Below are positions 1-16,700 of a DNA stretch of 64,000 bases, piece by piece (positions within the stretch are counted from its first letter, which is position 1; the number at the start of each line of letters is the position of its first letter). Source of the stretch: Bugula neritina. Taxonomy: Eukaryota; Animalia; Bryozoa. Made by a program: the position numbers and the translations under genes. The notes under the pieces were generated by a model, which had not been told where the DNA came from, did not search any database, and was given only the letters and a program-made list of their open reading frames with translations. Where the stretch lies: positions 434,001 through 498,000 of the forward strand of contig CAXIUT010000183.1 in assembly GCA_964035545.1 (NCBI GenBank). The letters run 5' to 3'.

Positions 1-295
1 TAACATATTGAAATACACTGCAACACTTTGAAATATACTGCAACATACCGAAATATATGTTAAACTATTAAAATATACTGTAACACTTTGAAAAACAGTG
101 CAACATACTGAAACATACTGCGACACTTTGCAATGTACTGTAACATACTGAAATATGCTGTAGCACACTGAAATACACTGCAACTCACTGAAATATACTG
201 CAACATATTGAAATACACTGCAACATCCTACAACATGCTAAAATACACGGTAACATATTGAAATACAGTACAACACGTTGAAATATACTGCAACA

Positions 296-312
296 TACCG
301 GAATATATGGTA
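296..312. other. TACC-N9-GGTA 17-bp dyad motif; first full copy of a landmark recurring every roughly 100-500 bp
   Basis: TACCGGAATATATGGTA at 296-312, TACCAAAATATATGGTA at 396-412 and 536-552, TACCGAAATATACGGTA at 21937-21953. TACC and GGTA are reverse complements. The motif is directly visible; its function is unknown. Confidence 0.75.
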
Positions 313-730
313 AAGTACTGAAATATACTGTAACACACTGAAAAATACTGCAACATACTGAAATATACTCTGACACATTGCAATATACTGCAACATACCA
401 AAATATATGGTAAACTACTGAAATATACTTTAACACATTGAAAAATACTGCCACATACTGAAATATACTGTAACACACTGAAATATACTGCAACATACTG
501 AAATACACTGTAACATACTGAAATAAACTGCAACATACCAAAATATATGGTAAACTACTGAAATATACTTTAACACATTGAAAAATCCTGCAACATACTA
601 AAATATACTGCGACACATTGCAATATACTGTAACATACTGAAATATGCTCTAGCACACTGAAATACACTGCAACTCACTGAAATATACTGCAACATACTG
701 AAATACACTGCAACACATTGAAATATACTG

Positions 731-1330
731 CAACCTACAGAAATAGGTGGTAAACTACTGAAATATACTGTAACACATTGAAAAATACTGCAACATACTG
801 AAATATACTGCGACACATTGTAATATACTGTAACATACTGAAACATACTGTAGCACACTGAAATAGACTGCAGCTCACTGAAATATACTGCATTATACTG
901 AAATTCACTGCAGCATCCTACAACATGCTGAAATACACTGTAACATATTGAAATACACTGCAACAAACTACAACATATTGAAATACACTGCAACGCATTG
1001 AAAGACACTGCAACACATTGAAATATACTGCAACCTATAGAAATATATGGTAAACTACTGAAATATACTGTAACACATTGAAAAATACTGCAACATACTG
1101 AAACATACTGCGACACATTGCAATATACTGTAACATACTGAAACATGCTGTAGCACACTGAAATAGACTGCAGCTCACTGAAATATACTGCAACATACTG
1201 AAATTCACTGCAGCATCCTACAACATGCTGAAATACACTGTAACATATTGAAATACACTGCAACACATTGAAATATACTGCAACATACCGCAATATATGG
1301 TAAACTACTGAAATATACTGTAACACATTG
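731..1330 (+). repeat. Imperfect 300-bp tandem sub-repeat (recurs in later left-domain copies)
   Basis: TAGCACACTGAAATAGACTGCAGCTCACTG at 851 and 1151; AAATTCACTGCAGCATCCTACAACATGCTG at 901 and 1201. Confidence 0.85.
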
Positions 1331-1399
1331 AAAAATACTGCATCATACTGAAATAAACTGCGACATAATGCAATATTCTGTAACATACTGAGATATGCT

Positions 1400-2830
1400 G
1401 TAGCACACTGAAATACACTGCAACTCACTGAAATATACTGCAACATACTGAAAAACACTGTAACATATTGAGACATACTGCAACATACTGCAACATACTG
1501 AAATACACTGTAACATCCTGAAATACATTGCAAAATACTGCAACATATTGAAATACACTGCAACACATTGAAATACACTGCAACATACCTAAATATCCGG
1601 TAATATACTGAAATATACTGTAACACATTGAAAAATACTGCAACATACTGAAATACACTGCAACCCACTGAAATACATCGCAAAAGACTACAACATACTG
1701 AAATACACTGTAACATATTGAAATACACTGCAACACATTGAAATATACTGCAACCTATAGAAATATATGGTAAACTACTGAAATATACTGTAACGCATTG
1801 AAAAATACTGCAACATACTGAAATATACTGTAACAAACTGAAATATACTGCAACATACTGAAATACACTGTAACATACTGAAATAAACTGCAACATACTG
1901 AAGTACACTGCAACATCCTACAACATACTGAAATACAATGTAACATATTGAAACACACTGCAACACATTGAAATATACTGCCATGTACCGAATTATATGG
2001 TGGACTACTGAAATATACTGTAACACATTGAAAAATACTGCAAGATACTGAAATATACTGCGACACATTGCAATATACTGTAACATACCGAAATATATGG
2101 TAAACTATTGAATTATACTGTAACACATTGAAAAATACTGAAACAAACTGAAATATACTCTGACACAATGCAAAATACTGTAACATACTGAAATATGCTG
2201 TAGCACACTGAAATACACTGCAACTCGCTGAAATATACTGCAACATACTGAAAAACGCTGTAACATATTGAGACATACTGCAACATACTGCAACATACTG
2301 AAATACACTGTAACATACTGAAATACATTGCAAAATACTGCAACATATTGAAATACACTGCAACACATTGAAATATACTGCAACATACCTAAATATCCGG
2401 TAATATACTGAAATATACTGTAACACATTGAAAAATACTGCAACATACTGAAATACACTGCAACCCACTGAAATACATCGCAAAAGACTACAACATACTG
2501 AAATACACTGTAACATATTGAAATACACTGCAACACATTGAAATATACTGCAACCTATAGAAATATATGGTAAACTACTGAAATATACTGTAACGCATTG
2601 AAAAATACTGCAACATACTGAAATATACTGTAACAAACTGAAATATACTGCAACATACTGAAATACACTGTAACATACTGAAATAAACTGCAACATACTG
2701 AAGTACACTGCAACATCCTACAACATACTGAAATACAATGTAACATATTGAAACACACTGCAACACATTGGAATATACTGCCATGTACCGAATTATATGG
2801 TGGACTACTGAAATATACTGTAACACATTG
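1400..2830 (+). repeat. 800-bp tandem sub-repeat (also seen at about 6.3-7.8 kb and 10.4-12.2 kb)
   Basis: CAACCTATAGAAATATATGG...TAACGCATTG at 1751 and 2551; CCATGTACCGAATTATATGGTGGAC at 1981/2781 and in the blocks at 6411/7211 and 10971/11771. Confidence 0.88.
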
Positions 2831-3487
2831 AAAAGTACTGCATCATACTGAAATATACTGCGACATAATGCAATATTCTGTAACATACTGAGATATGCTG
2901 TAGCACACTGAAATACACTACAACTCACTGAAACATACTGCAACATACTGAAATACACTGTAACATCCTACAACATACTGAAATACACAGTAACATATTG
3001 AAATACACTGCAACACATTGAAATATACTGCAACATACCTAAATATACGGTAATATACTGAAATATACTGTATCACATTGAAAAATACTGCAAGATACTG
3101 AAATATACTGTGACACATTGCAATATACTGTAACATACTGAAATATGCTCAAGCACACTGAAACACACTGCACCTCACTGAAACATACTGCAACATACTG
3201 AAATACACTGCAACATCCTACAACATACTGAAATACACTGCAACATATTGAAAGACACTGCAAGACAATGAAATATACTGCAACATACTGAAATATACTG
3301 TAACACACTGAAATATACTGCAACATACTGAAATACACTGCTACATACTGAAATATACTGCAACATACTGCAACATACTGAAATACACTGTAACATACTG
3401 AGATACACTGCAACAAACTACAACATATTGAAATACACTGCAACACATTGAAATATACTGCAACATACCTAAATATACGGTAATATA

Positions 3488-3521
3488 GCGGAAAAAAACT
3501 GTAACAGATTGACAAATTCTG
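3488..3521 (+). repeat. A-tract variant monomer (GCGG-A7 type); first of 41 register-shifting A-tract sites in the window
   Basis: GCGGAAAAAAACTGTAACAGATTGACAAATTCTG; the column alignment shifts by +1 immediately after it. Confidence 0.9.
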
Positions 3522-6500
3522 CAACATACTGAAATATACTGCGACACATTGCAATATACTGTAACATACTGAAACATGCTCTAGCACACTGAAATACACT
3601 GCAACCCACTGAAATATACTGCAACATACGGAAATACACTGCAACACATTGAAATACACTGCAACATACCAAAATAAATGGTAAACTACTGAAATATACT
3701 TTAACACATTGAAAAATACTGCAACATACTGAAATATACTGTAACACACTGAAATATACTGGAACATACTGAAATACACTGTAACATATTGAAATACACT
3801 GCAACAAACTACAACATATTGAAATACACTGCAACGCATTGAAAGACACTGCAACACATTGAAATATACTGCAATATACCAATATATATGGTAAACTGCT
3901 GAAATATACTTTAACACATTGAAAAATACTGCAACATACTGAAATATACTGTAACACACTGAAATATACTGCAACATACTGCAACAATCTGAAATACACT
4001 GTAACATACTGAAATACACTGCAACAAACTACAACATATTGAAATACACTGCAACACATTGAAATATACTGCAACATACCTAAATATACGGTAATATACC
4101 GAAAAAAAACTGTAACAGATTGAAAAATTCTGCAACATACCGAAATAAACTGCAACACACTGAAATACACCGCAAAATACTACAACATGCTGAAATACAC
4201 TGTAACATATTGAAATACACTGCAACACTTTGAAATATACTGCAACATACCGAAATATATGTTAAACTACTAAAATATACTGTAACACTTTGAAAAACAG
4301 TGCAACATACTGAAACATACTGCGACACTTTGCAATGTACTGTAACATACTGAAATATGCTGTAGCACACTGAAATACACTGCAACTCACTGAAATATAC
4401 TGCAACATATTGAAATACACTGCAACATCCTACAACATGCTAAAATACACGGTAACATATTGAAATACAGTACAACACGTTGAAATATACTGCAACATAC
4501 CGGAATATATGGTAAAGTACTGAAATATACTGTAACACACTGAAAAATACTGCAACATACTGAAATATACTCTGACACATTGCAATATACTGCAACATAC
4601 CAAAATATATGGTAAACTACTGAAATATACTTTAACACATTGAAAAATACTGCAACATACTGAAATATACTGTAACACACTGAAATATACTGCAACATAC
4701 TGAAATACACTGTAACATACTGAAATAAACTGCAACATACCAAAATATATGGTAAACTACTGAAATATACTTTAACACATTGAAAAATCCTGCAACATAC
4801 TAAAATATACTGCGACACATTGCAATATACTGTAACATACTGAAATATGCTCTAGCACACTGAAATACACTGCAACTCACTGAAATATACTGCAACATAC
4901 TGAAATACACTGCAACACATTGAAATATACTGCAACCTACAGAAATAGGTGGTAAACTACTGAAATATACTGTAACACATTGAAAAATACTGCAACATAC
5001 TGAAATATACTGCGACACATTGTAATATACTGTAACATACTGAAACATACTGTAGCACACTGAAATAGACTGCAGCTCACTGAAATATACTGCATTATAC
5101 TGAAATTCACTGCAGCATCCTACAACATGCTGAAATACACTGTAACATATTGAAATACACTGCAACAAACTACAACATATTGAAATACACTGCAACGCAT
5201 TGAAAGACACTGCAACACATTGAAATATACTGCAACCTATAGAAATATATGGTAAACTACTGAAATATACTGTAACACATTGAAAAATACTGCAACATAC
5301 TGAAACATACTGCGACACATTGCAATATACTGTAACATACTGAAACATGCTGTAGCACACTGAAATAGACTGCAGCTCACTGAAATATACTGCAACATAC
5401 TGAAATTCACTGCAGCATCCTACAACATGCTGAAATACACTGTAACATATTGAAATACACTGCAACACATTGAAATATACTGCAACATACCGCAATATAT
5501 GGTAAACTACTGAAATATACTGTAACACATTGAAAAATACTGCATCATACTGAAATAAACTGCGACATAATGCAATATTCTGTAACATACTGAGATATGC
5601 TGTAGCACACTGAAATACACTGCAACTCACTGAAATATACTGCAACATACTGAAAAACACTGTAACATATTGAGACATACTGCAACATACTGCAACATAC
5701 TGAAATACACTGTAACATCCTGAAATACATTGCAAAATACTGCAACATATTGAAATACACTGCAACACATTGAAATATACTGCAACATACCTAAATATCC
5801 GGTAATATACTGAAATATACTGTAACACATTGAAAAATACTGCAACATACTGAAATACACTGCAACCCACTGAAATACATCGCAAAAGACTACAACATAC
5901 TGAAATACACTGTAACTTATTGAAATACACTGCAACACATTGAAATATACTGCAACCTATAGAAATATATGGTAAACTACTGAAATATACTGTAACGCAT
6001 TGAAAAATACTGCAACATACTGAAATATACTGTAACAAACTGAAATATACTGCAACATACTGAAATACACTGTAACATACTGAAATATATGGTAAACTAT
6101 TGAATTATACTGTAACACATTGAAAAATACTGAAACAAACTGAAATATACTCTGACACAATGCAAAATACTGTAACATACTGAAATATGCTGTAGCACAC
6201 TGAAATACACTGCAACTCACTGAAATATACTGCAACATACTGAAAAACACTGTAACATATTGAGACATACTGCAACATACTGCAACATACTGAAATACAC
6301 TGTAACATACTGAAATAAACTGCAACATACTGAAGTACACTGCAACATCCTACAACATACTGAAATACAATGTAACATATTGAAACACACTGCAACACAT
6401 TGAAATATACTGCCATGTACCGAATTATATGGTGGACTACTGAAATATACTGTAACACATTGAAAAATACTGCAAGATACTGAAATATACTGCGACACAT

Positions 6501-9500
6501 TGCAATATACTGTAACATACCGAAATATATGGTAAACTATTGAATTATACTGTAACACATTGAAAAATACTGAAACAAACTGAAATATACTCTGACACAA
6601 TGCAAAATACTGTAACATACTGAAATATGCTGTAGCACACTGAAATACACTGCAACTCGCTGAAATATACTGCAACATACTGAAAAACACTGTAACATAT
6701 TGAGACATACTGCAACATACTGCAACATACTGAAATACACTGTAACATACTGAAATACATTGCAAAATACTGCAACATATTGAAATACACTGCAACACAT
6801 TGAAATATACTGCAACATACCTAAATATCCGGTAATATACTGAAATATACTGTAACACATTGAAAAATACTGCAACATACTGAAATACACTGCAACCCAC
6901 TGAAATACATCGCAAAAGACTACAACATACTGAAATACACTGTAACATATTGAAATACACTGCAACACATTGAAATATACTGCAACCTATAGAAATATAT
7001 GGTAAACTACTGAAATATACTGTAACGCATTGAAAAATACTGCAACATACTGAAATATACTGTAACAAACTGAAATATACTGCAACATACTGAAATACAC
7101 TGTAACATACTGAAATAAACTGCAACATACTGAAGTACACTGCAACATCCTACAACATACTGAAATACAATGTAACATATTGAAACACACTGCAACACAT
7201 TGGAATATACTGCCATGTACCGAATTATATGGTGGACTACTGAAATATACTGTAACACATTGAAAAATACTGCAAGATACTGAAATATACTGCGACACAT
7301 TGCAATATACTGTAACATACCGAAATATATGGTAAACTATTGAATTATACTGTAACACATTGAAAAATACTGAAACAAACTGAAATATACTCTGACACAA
7401 TGCAAAACACTGTAACATACTGAAATATGCTGTAGCACACTGAAATACACTGCAACTCACTGAAATATACTGCAACATACTGAAAAACACTGTAACATAT
7501 TGAGACATACTGCAACATACTGCAACATACTGAAATACACTGTAACATACTGAAATACATTGCAAAATACTGCAACATATTGAAATACACTGCAACACAT
7601 TGAAATATACTGCAACATACCTAAATATCCGGTAATATACTGAGATATACTGTAACACATTGAAAAATACTGCAACATACTGAAATACACTGCAACCCAC
7701 TGAAATACATCGCAAAAGACTACAACATACTGAAATACACTGTAACATATTGAAATACACTGCAACACATTGAAATATACTGCAACCTATAGAAATATAT
7801 GGTAAACTACTGAAATATACTGTAACACATTGAAAAATACTGCATCATACTGAAATATACTGCGACATAATGCAATATTCTGTAACATACTGAGATATGC
7901 TGTAGCACACTGAAATACACTACAACTCACTGAAACATACTGCAACATACTGAAATACACTGTAACATCCTACAACATACTGAAATACACAGTAACATAT
8001 TGAAATACACTGCAACACATTGAAATATACTGCAACATACCTAAATATACGGTAATATACTGAAATATACTGTATCACATTGAAAAATACTGCAAGATAC
8101 TGAAATATACTGTGACACATTGCAATATACTGTAACATACTGAAATATGCTCAAGCACACTGAAACACACTGCACCTCACTGAAACATACTGCAACATAC
8201 TGAAATACACTGCAACATCCTACAACATACTGAAATACACTGCAACATATTGAAAGACACTGCAAGACAATGAAATATACTGCAACATACTGAAATATAC
8301 TGTAACACACTGAAATATACTGCAACATACTGAAATACACTGCTACATACTGAAATATACTGCAACATACTGCAACATACTGAAATACACTGTAACATAC
8401 TGAAATACACTGCAACAAACTACAACATATTGAAATACACTGCAACACATTGAAATATACTGCAACATACCTAAATATACGGTAATATAGCGGAAAAAAA
8501 CTGTAACAGATTGACAAATTCTGCAACATACTGAAATATACTGCGACACATTGCAATATACTGTAACATACTGAAACATGCTCTAGCACACTGAAATACA
8601 CTGCACCCCACTGAAATATACTGCAACATACGGAAATACACTGCAACACATTGAAATACACTGCAACATACCAAAATAAATGGTAAACTACTGAAATATA
8701 CTTTAACACATTGAAAAATACTGCAACATACTGAAATATACTGTAACACACTGAAATATACTGCAACATACTGCAACAATCTGAAATACACTGTAACATA
8801 CTGAAATACACTGCAACAAACTACAACATATTGAAATACACTGCAACACATTGAAATATACTGCAACATACCTAAATATACGGTAATATACCGAAAAAAA
8901 ACTGTAACAGATTGAAAAATTCTGCAACATACTGAAATAAACTGCAACACACTGAAATACACCGCAAAATACTACAACATGCTGAAATACACTGTAACAT
9001 ATTGAAATACACTGCAACACTTTGAAATATACTGCAACATACCGAAATATATGTTAAACTACTAAAATATACTGTAACACTTTGAAAAACAGTGCAACAT
9101 ACTGAAACATACTGCGACACTTTGCAATGTACTGTAACATACTGAAATATGCTGTAGCACACTGAAATACACTGCAACTCACTGAAATATACTGCAACAT
9201 ATTGAAATACACTGCAACATCCTACAACATGCTAAAATACACGGTAACATATTGAAATACAGTACAACACGTTGAAATATACTGCAACATACCGGAATAT
9301 ATGGTAAAGTACTGAAATATACTGTAACACACTGAAAAATACTGCAACATACTGAAATATACTCTGACACATTGCAATATACTGCAACATACCAAAATAT
9401 ATGGTAAACTACTGAAATATACTTTAACACATTGAAAAATACTGCAACATACTGAAATATACTGTAACACACTGAAATATACTGCAACATACTGAAATAC

Positions 9501-9759
9501 ACTGTAACATACTGAAATAAACTGCAACATACCAAAATATATGGTAAACTACTGAAATATACTTTAACACATTGAAAAATCCTGCAACATACTAAAATAT
9601 ACTGCGACACATTGCAATATACTGTAACATACTGAAATATGCTCTAGCACACTGAAATACACTGCAACTCACTGAAATATACTGCAACATACTGAAATAC
9701 ACTGCAACACATTGAAATATACTGCAACCTACAGAAATAGGTGGTAAACTACTGAAATA

Positions 9760-12700
9760 TACTGTAACACATTGAAAAATACTGCAACATACTGAAATAT
9801 ACTGCGACACATTGTAATATACTGTAACATACTGAAACATACTGTAGCACACTGAAATAGACTGCAGCTCACTGAAATATACTGCATTATACTGAAATTC
9901 ACTGCAGCATCCTACAACATGCTGAAATACACTGTAACATATTGAAATACACTGCAACAAACTACAACATATTGAAATACACTGCAACGCATTGAAAGAC
10001 ACTGCAACACATTGAAATATACTGCAACCTATAGAAATATATGGTAAACTACTGAAATATACTGTAACACATTGAAAAATACTGCAACATACTGAAACAT
10101 ACTGCGACACATTGCAATGTACTGTAACATACTGAAACATGCTGTAGCACACTGAAATAGACTGCAGCTCACTGAAATATACTGCAACATACTGAAATTC
10201 ACTGCAGCATCCTACAACATGCTGAAATACACTGTAACATATTGAAATACACTGCAACACATTGAAATATACTGCAACATACCGCAATATATGGTAAACT
10301 ACTGAAATATACTGTAACACATTGAAAAATACTGCATCATACTGAAATAAACTGCGACATAATGCAATATTCTGTAACATACTGAGATAAGCTGTAGCAC
10401 ACTGAAATACACTGCAACTCACTGAAATATACTGCAACATACTGAAAAACACTGTAACATATTGAGACATACTGCAACATACTGCAACATACTGAAATAC
10501 ACTGTAACATCCTGAAATACATTGCAAAATACTGCAACATATTGAAATACACTGCAACACATTGAAATATACTGCAACATACCTAAATATCCGGTAATAT
10601 ACTGAAATATACTGTAACACATTGAAAAATACTGCAACATACTGAAATACACTGCAACCCACTGAAATACATCGCAAAAGACTACAACATACTGAAATAC
10701 ACTGTAACATATTGAAATACACTGCAACACATTGAAATATACTGCAACCTATAGAAATATATGGTAAACTACTGAAATATACTGTAACGCATTGAAAAAT
10801 ACTGCAACATACTGAAATATACTGTAACAAACTGAAATATACTGCAACATACTGAAATACACTGTAACATACTGAAATAAACTGCAACATACTGAAGTAC
10901 ACTGCAACATCCTACAACATACTGAAATACAATGTAACATATTGAAACACACTGCAACACATTGAAATATACTGCCATGTACCGAATTATATGGTGGACT
11001 ACTGAAATATACTGTAACACATTGAAAAATACTGCAAGATACTGAAATATACTGCGACACATTGCAATATACTGTAACATACCGAAATATATGGTAAACT
11101 ATTGAATTATACTGTAACACATTGAAAAATACTGAAACAAACTGAAATATACTCTGACACAATGCAAAATACTGTAACATACTGAAATATGCTGTAGCAC
11201 ACTGAAATACACTGCAACTCGCTGAAATATACTGCAACATACTGAAAAACACTGTAACATATTGAGACATACTGCAACATACTGCAACATACTGAAATAC
11301 ACTGTAACATACTGAAATACATTGCAAAATACTGCAACATATTGAAATACACTGCAACACATTGAAATATACTGCAACATACCTAAATATCCGGTAATAT
11401 ACTGAAATATACTGTAACACATTGAAAAATACTGCAACATACTGAAATACACTGCAACCCACTGAAATACATCGCAAAAGACTACAACATACTGAAATAC
11501 ACTGTAACATATTGAAATACACTGCAACACATTGAAATATACTGCAACCTATAGAAATATATGGTAAACTACTGAAATATACTGTAACGCATTGAAAAAT
11601 ACTGCAACATACTGAAATATACTGTAACAAACTGAAATATACTGCAACATACTGAAATACACTGTAACATACTGAAATAAACTGCAACATACTGAAGTAC
11701 ACTGCAACATCCTACAACATACTGAAATACAATGTAACATATTGAAACACACTGCAACACATTGGAATATACTGCCATGTACCGAATTATATGGTGGACT
11801 ACTGAAATATACTGTAACACATTGAAAAATACTGCAAGATACTGAAATATACTGCGACACATTGCAATATACTGTAACATACCGAAATATATGGTAAACT
11901 ATTGAATTATACTGTAACACATTGAAAAATACTGAAACAAACTGAAATATACTCTGACACAATGCAAAATACTGTAACATACTGAAATATGCTGTAGCAC
12001 ACTGAAATACACTGCAACTCACTGAAATATACTGCAACATACTGAAAAACACTGTAACATATTGAGACATACTGCAACATACTGCAACATACTGAAATAC
12101 ACTGTAACATACTGAAATACATTGCAAAATACTGCAACATATTGAAATACACTGCAACACATTGAAATATACTGCAACATACCTAAATATCCGGTAATAT
12201 ACTGAGATATACTGTAACACATTGAAAAATACTGCAACATACTGAAATATACTGCGACACATTGTAATATACTGTAACATACTGAAACATACTGTAGCAC
12301 ACTGAAATAGACTGCAGCTCACTGAAATATACTGCATTATACTGAAATTCACTGCAGCATCCTACAACATGCTGAAATACACTGTAACATATTGAAATAC
12401 ACTGCAACAAACTACAACATATTGAAATACACTGCAACGCATTGAAAGACACTGCAACACATTGAAATATACTGCAACCTATAGAAATATATGGTAAACT
12501 ACTGAAATATACTGTGACACATTGAAAAATACTGCAACATACTGAAACATACTGCGACACATTGCAATGTACTGTAACATACTGAAACATGCTGTAGCAC
12601 ACTGAAATAGACTGCAGCTCACTGAAATATACTGCAACATACTGAAATTCACTGCAGCATCCTACAACATGCTGAAATACACTGTAACATATTGAAATAC

Positions 12701-13700
12701 ACTGCAACACATTGAAATATACTGCAACATACCGCAATATATGGTAAACTACTGAAATATACTGTAACACATTGAAAAATACTGCATCATACTGAAATAA
12801 ACTGCGACATAATGCAATATTCTGTAACATACTGAGATAAGCTGTAGCACACTGAAATACACTGCAACTCACTGAAATATACTGCAACATACTGAAAAAC
12901 ACTGTAACATATTGAGACATACTGCAACATACTGCAACATACTGAAATACACTGTAACATCCTGAAATACATTGCAAAATACTGCAACATATTGAAATAC
13001 ACTGCAACACATTGAAATATACTGCAACATACCTAAATATCCGGTAATATACTGAAATATACTGTAACACATTGAAAAATACTGCAACATACTGAAATAC
13101 ACTGCAACCCACTGAAATACATCGCAAAAGACTACAACATACTGAAATACACTGTAACATATTGAAATATACTGCAACACATTGAAATATACTGCAACCT
13201 ATAGAAATATATGGTAAACTACTGAAATATACTGTAACGCATTGAAAAATACTGCAACATACTGAAATATACTGTAACAAACTGAAATATACTGCAACAT
13301 ACTGAAATACACTGTAACATACTGAAATAAACTGCAACATACTGAAGTACACTGCAACATCCTACAACATACTGAAATACAATGTAACATATTGAAACAC
13401 ACTGCAACACATTGAAATATACTGCCATGTACCGAATTATATGGTGGACTACTGAAATATACTGTAACACATTGAAAAATACTGCAAGATACTGAAATAT
13501 ACTGCGACACATTGCAATATACTGTAACATACCGAAATATATGGTAAACTATTGAATTATACTGTAACACATTGAAAAATACTGAAACAAACTGAAATAT
13601 ACTCTGACACAATGCAAAATACTGTAACATACTGAAATATGCTGTAGCACACTGAAATACACTGCAACTCACTGAAATATACTGCAACATACTGAAAAAC
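9760..13700 (+). repeat. Tandem duplication, 2450-bp offset (second copy partial)
   Basis: Shared private variants ACTGAGATAA at 10381/12831 and ATTGCAATGT at 10111/12561; ORF ends 10337/12787 and 10749/13199. Confidence 0.85.
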
Positions 13701-16700
13701 ACTGTAACATACTGAAATACATTGCAAAATACTGCAACATATTGAAATACACTGCAACACATTGAAATATACTGCAACATACCTAAATATCCGGTAATAT
13801 ACTGAGATATACTGTAACACATTGAAAAATACTGCAACATACGGAAATACACTGCAACCCACTGAAATACATCGCAAAAGACTACAACATACTGAAATAC
13901 ACTGTAACATATTGAAATACACTGCAACACATTGAAATATACTGCAACCTATAGAAATATATGGTAAACTACTGAAATATACTGTAACACATTGAAAAAT
14001 ACTGCATCATACTGAAATATACTGCGACATAATGCAATATTCTGTAACATACTGGGATATGCTGTAGCACACTGAAATACACTACAACTCACTGAAACAT
14101 ACTGCAACATACTGAAATACACTGTAACATCCTACAACATACTGAAATACACAGTAACATATTGAAATACACTGCAACACATTGAAATATACTGCAACAT
14201 ACCTAAATATACGGTAATATACTGAAATATACTGTATCACATTGAAAAATACTGCAAGATACTGAAATATACTGTGACACATTGCAATATACTGTAACAT
14301 ACTGAAATATGCTCAAGCACACTGAAACACACTGCACCTCACTGAAACATACTGCAACATACTGAAATACACTGCAACATCCTACAACATACTCAAATAC
14401 ACTGCAACATATTGAAAGACACTGCAAGACAATGAAATATACTGCAACATACTGAAATATACTGTAACACACTGAAATATACTGCAACATACTGAAATAC
14501 ACTGCTACATACTGAAATATACTGCAACATACTGCAACATACTGAAATACACTGTAACATACTGAAATACACTGCAACAAACTACAACATATTGAAATAC
14601 ACTGCAACACATTGAAATATACTGCAACATACCTAAATATCCGGTAATATACTGAAATATACTGTAACACATTGAAAAATACTGCAACATACTGAAATAC
14701 ACTGCAACCCACTGAAATACATCGCAAAATACTACAACATACTGAAATACACTGTAACATATTGAAATACACTGCAACACATTGAAATATACTGCAACCT
14801 ACAGAAATAGGTGGTAAACTATTGAAATATACTGTAACACATTGAAAAATACTGCAACATACTGAAATATACTGCGACACATTGCAATATACTGTAACAT
14901 ACTGAAATATGCTCTAGCACACTGAAATACACTGCAACCCACTGAAATATACTGCAACATACGGAAATACACTGCAACACATTGAAATACACTGCAACAT
15001 ACCAAAATAAATGGTAAACTACTGAAATATACTTTAACACATTGAAAAATACTGCAACATACTGAAATATACTGTAACACACTGAAATATACTGCAACAT
15101 ACTGAAATACACTGTAACATACTGAAATAAACTGCAACATACTGAAGTACACTGCAACATCCTACAACATACTGAAATACAATGTAACATATTGAAACAC
15201 ACTGCAACACATTGAAATATACTGCAATGTACCGAATTATATGGTGGACTACTGAAATATACTGTAACACACTGAAAAATACTGCAAGATACTGAAATAT
15301 ACTGCGACACATTGCAATATACTGTAACATACTGAAATATGCTACAGCACACTGAAATACACTGCAACTCACTGAAATATACTGCAACATATTGAAATAC
15401 ACTGCAACATTCTACAACATGCTGAAACACACTGTAACGTATTGAAATACACTGCAACACATTGAAATATACAGCAACATACCGAAATATATGGTAAACT
15501 ACTGAAATAGACTGTAACACATTGCAAAAGACTGCAACATACTGAAATATACTGCGACACAATGCAATATACTGTAACATACTGAAATATGCTCTAGCAC
15601 ACTGAAATACACTGCAACTCACTGAAATATACTGCAACATACTGAAATACACTGCAACACATTGAAATATACTGCAACCTACAGAAATAGGTGGTAAACT
15701 ACTGAAATATACTGTAACACATTGAAAAATACTGCAACATACTGAAATATACTGCGACACATTGTAATATACTGTAACATACTGAAACATACTGTAGCAC
15801 ACTGAAATAGACTCCAGCTCACTGAAATATACTGCATTATACTGAAATTCACTGCAGCATCCTACAACATGCTGAAATACACTGTAACATATTGAAATAC
15901 ACTGCAACAAACTACAACATATTGAAATACACTGCAACGCATTGAAAGACACTGCAACACATTGAAATATACTGCAATATACCAATATATATGGTAAACT
16001 GCTGAAATATACTTTAACACATTGAAAAATACTGCAACATACTGAAATATACTGTAACACACTGAAATATACTGCAACATACTGAAATACACTGCTAGAT
16101 ACTGAAATATACTGCAACATACTGCAACAATCTGAAATACACTGTAACATACTGAAATACACTGCAACAAACTACAACATATTGAAATACACTGCAACAC
16201 ATTGAAATATACTGCAACATACCTAAATATACGGTAATATACCGAAAAAAAAACTGTAACAGATTGAAAAATTCTGCAACATACTGAAATAAACTGTAAC
16301 ATATTGAAATACACTGCAACACTTGGAAATATACTGCAACATACCGAAATATATGTTAAACTACTTAAATATACTGTAACACTTTGAAAAACAGTGCAAC
16401 ATACTGAAATATACTGCGACACTTTGCAATGTACTGTAACATACTGAAATATGCTGTAGCACACTGGAATACACTGCAACTCACTGAAATATACTGCAAC
16501 ATATTGAAATACACTGCAACATCCTACAACATGCTAAAATACACTGTAACATATTGAAATACAGTACAACACATTGAAATATACTGCAACATACCGGAAT
16601 ATATGGTAAAGTACTGAAATATACTGTAACACACTGAAAAATACTGCAACATACTGAAATATACTGCGACAAATTGCAATATACTGCAACATACCAAAAT

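Larger units (their letters stand above)
1..11800 (+). repeat. Left-domain higher-order repeat, about 4.2-4.8 kb unit; copies start at 1, 4203 and 8995 (third copy partial; end approximate)
   Basis: TAACATATTGAAATACACTGCAACACTTTG and the variant order that follows recur at 1, 4203 and 8995. Identical ORF translations occur at 185/4387/9179 (offsets 4202, 4792), and near-identical ones at 598/9592. Confidence 0.9.

Noticed and set aside
296-312. 17-bp dyad as a CENP-B box
   Set aside because: Only the length matches; the CENP-B box core (TTCG....A..CGGG) is not present.
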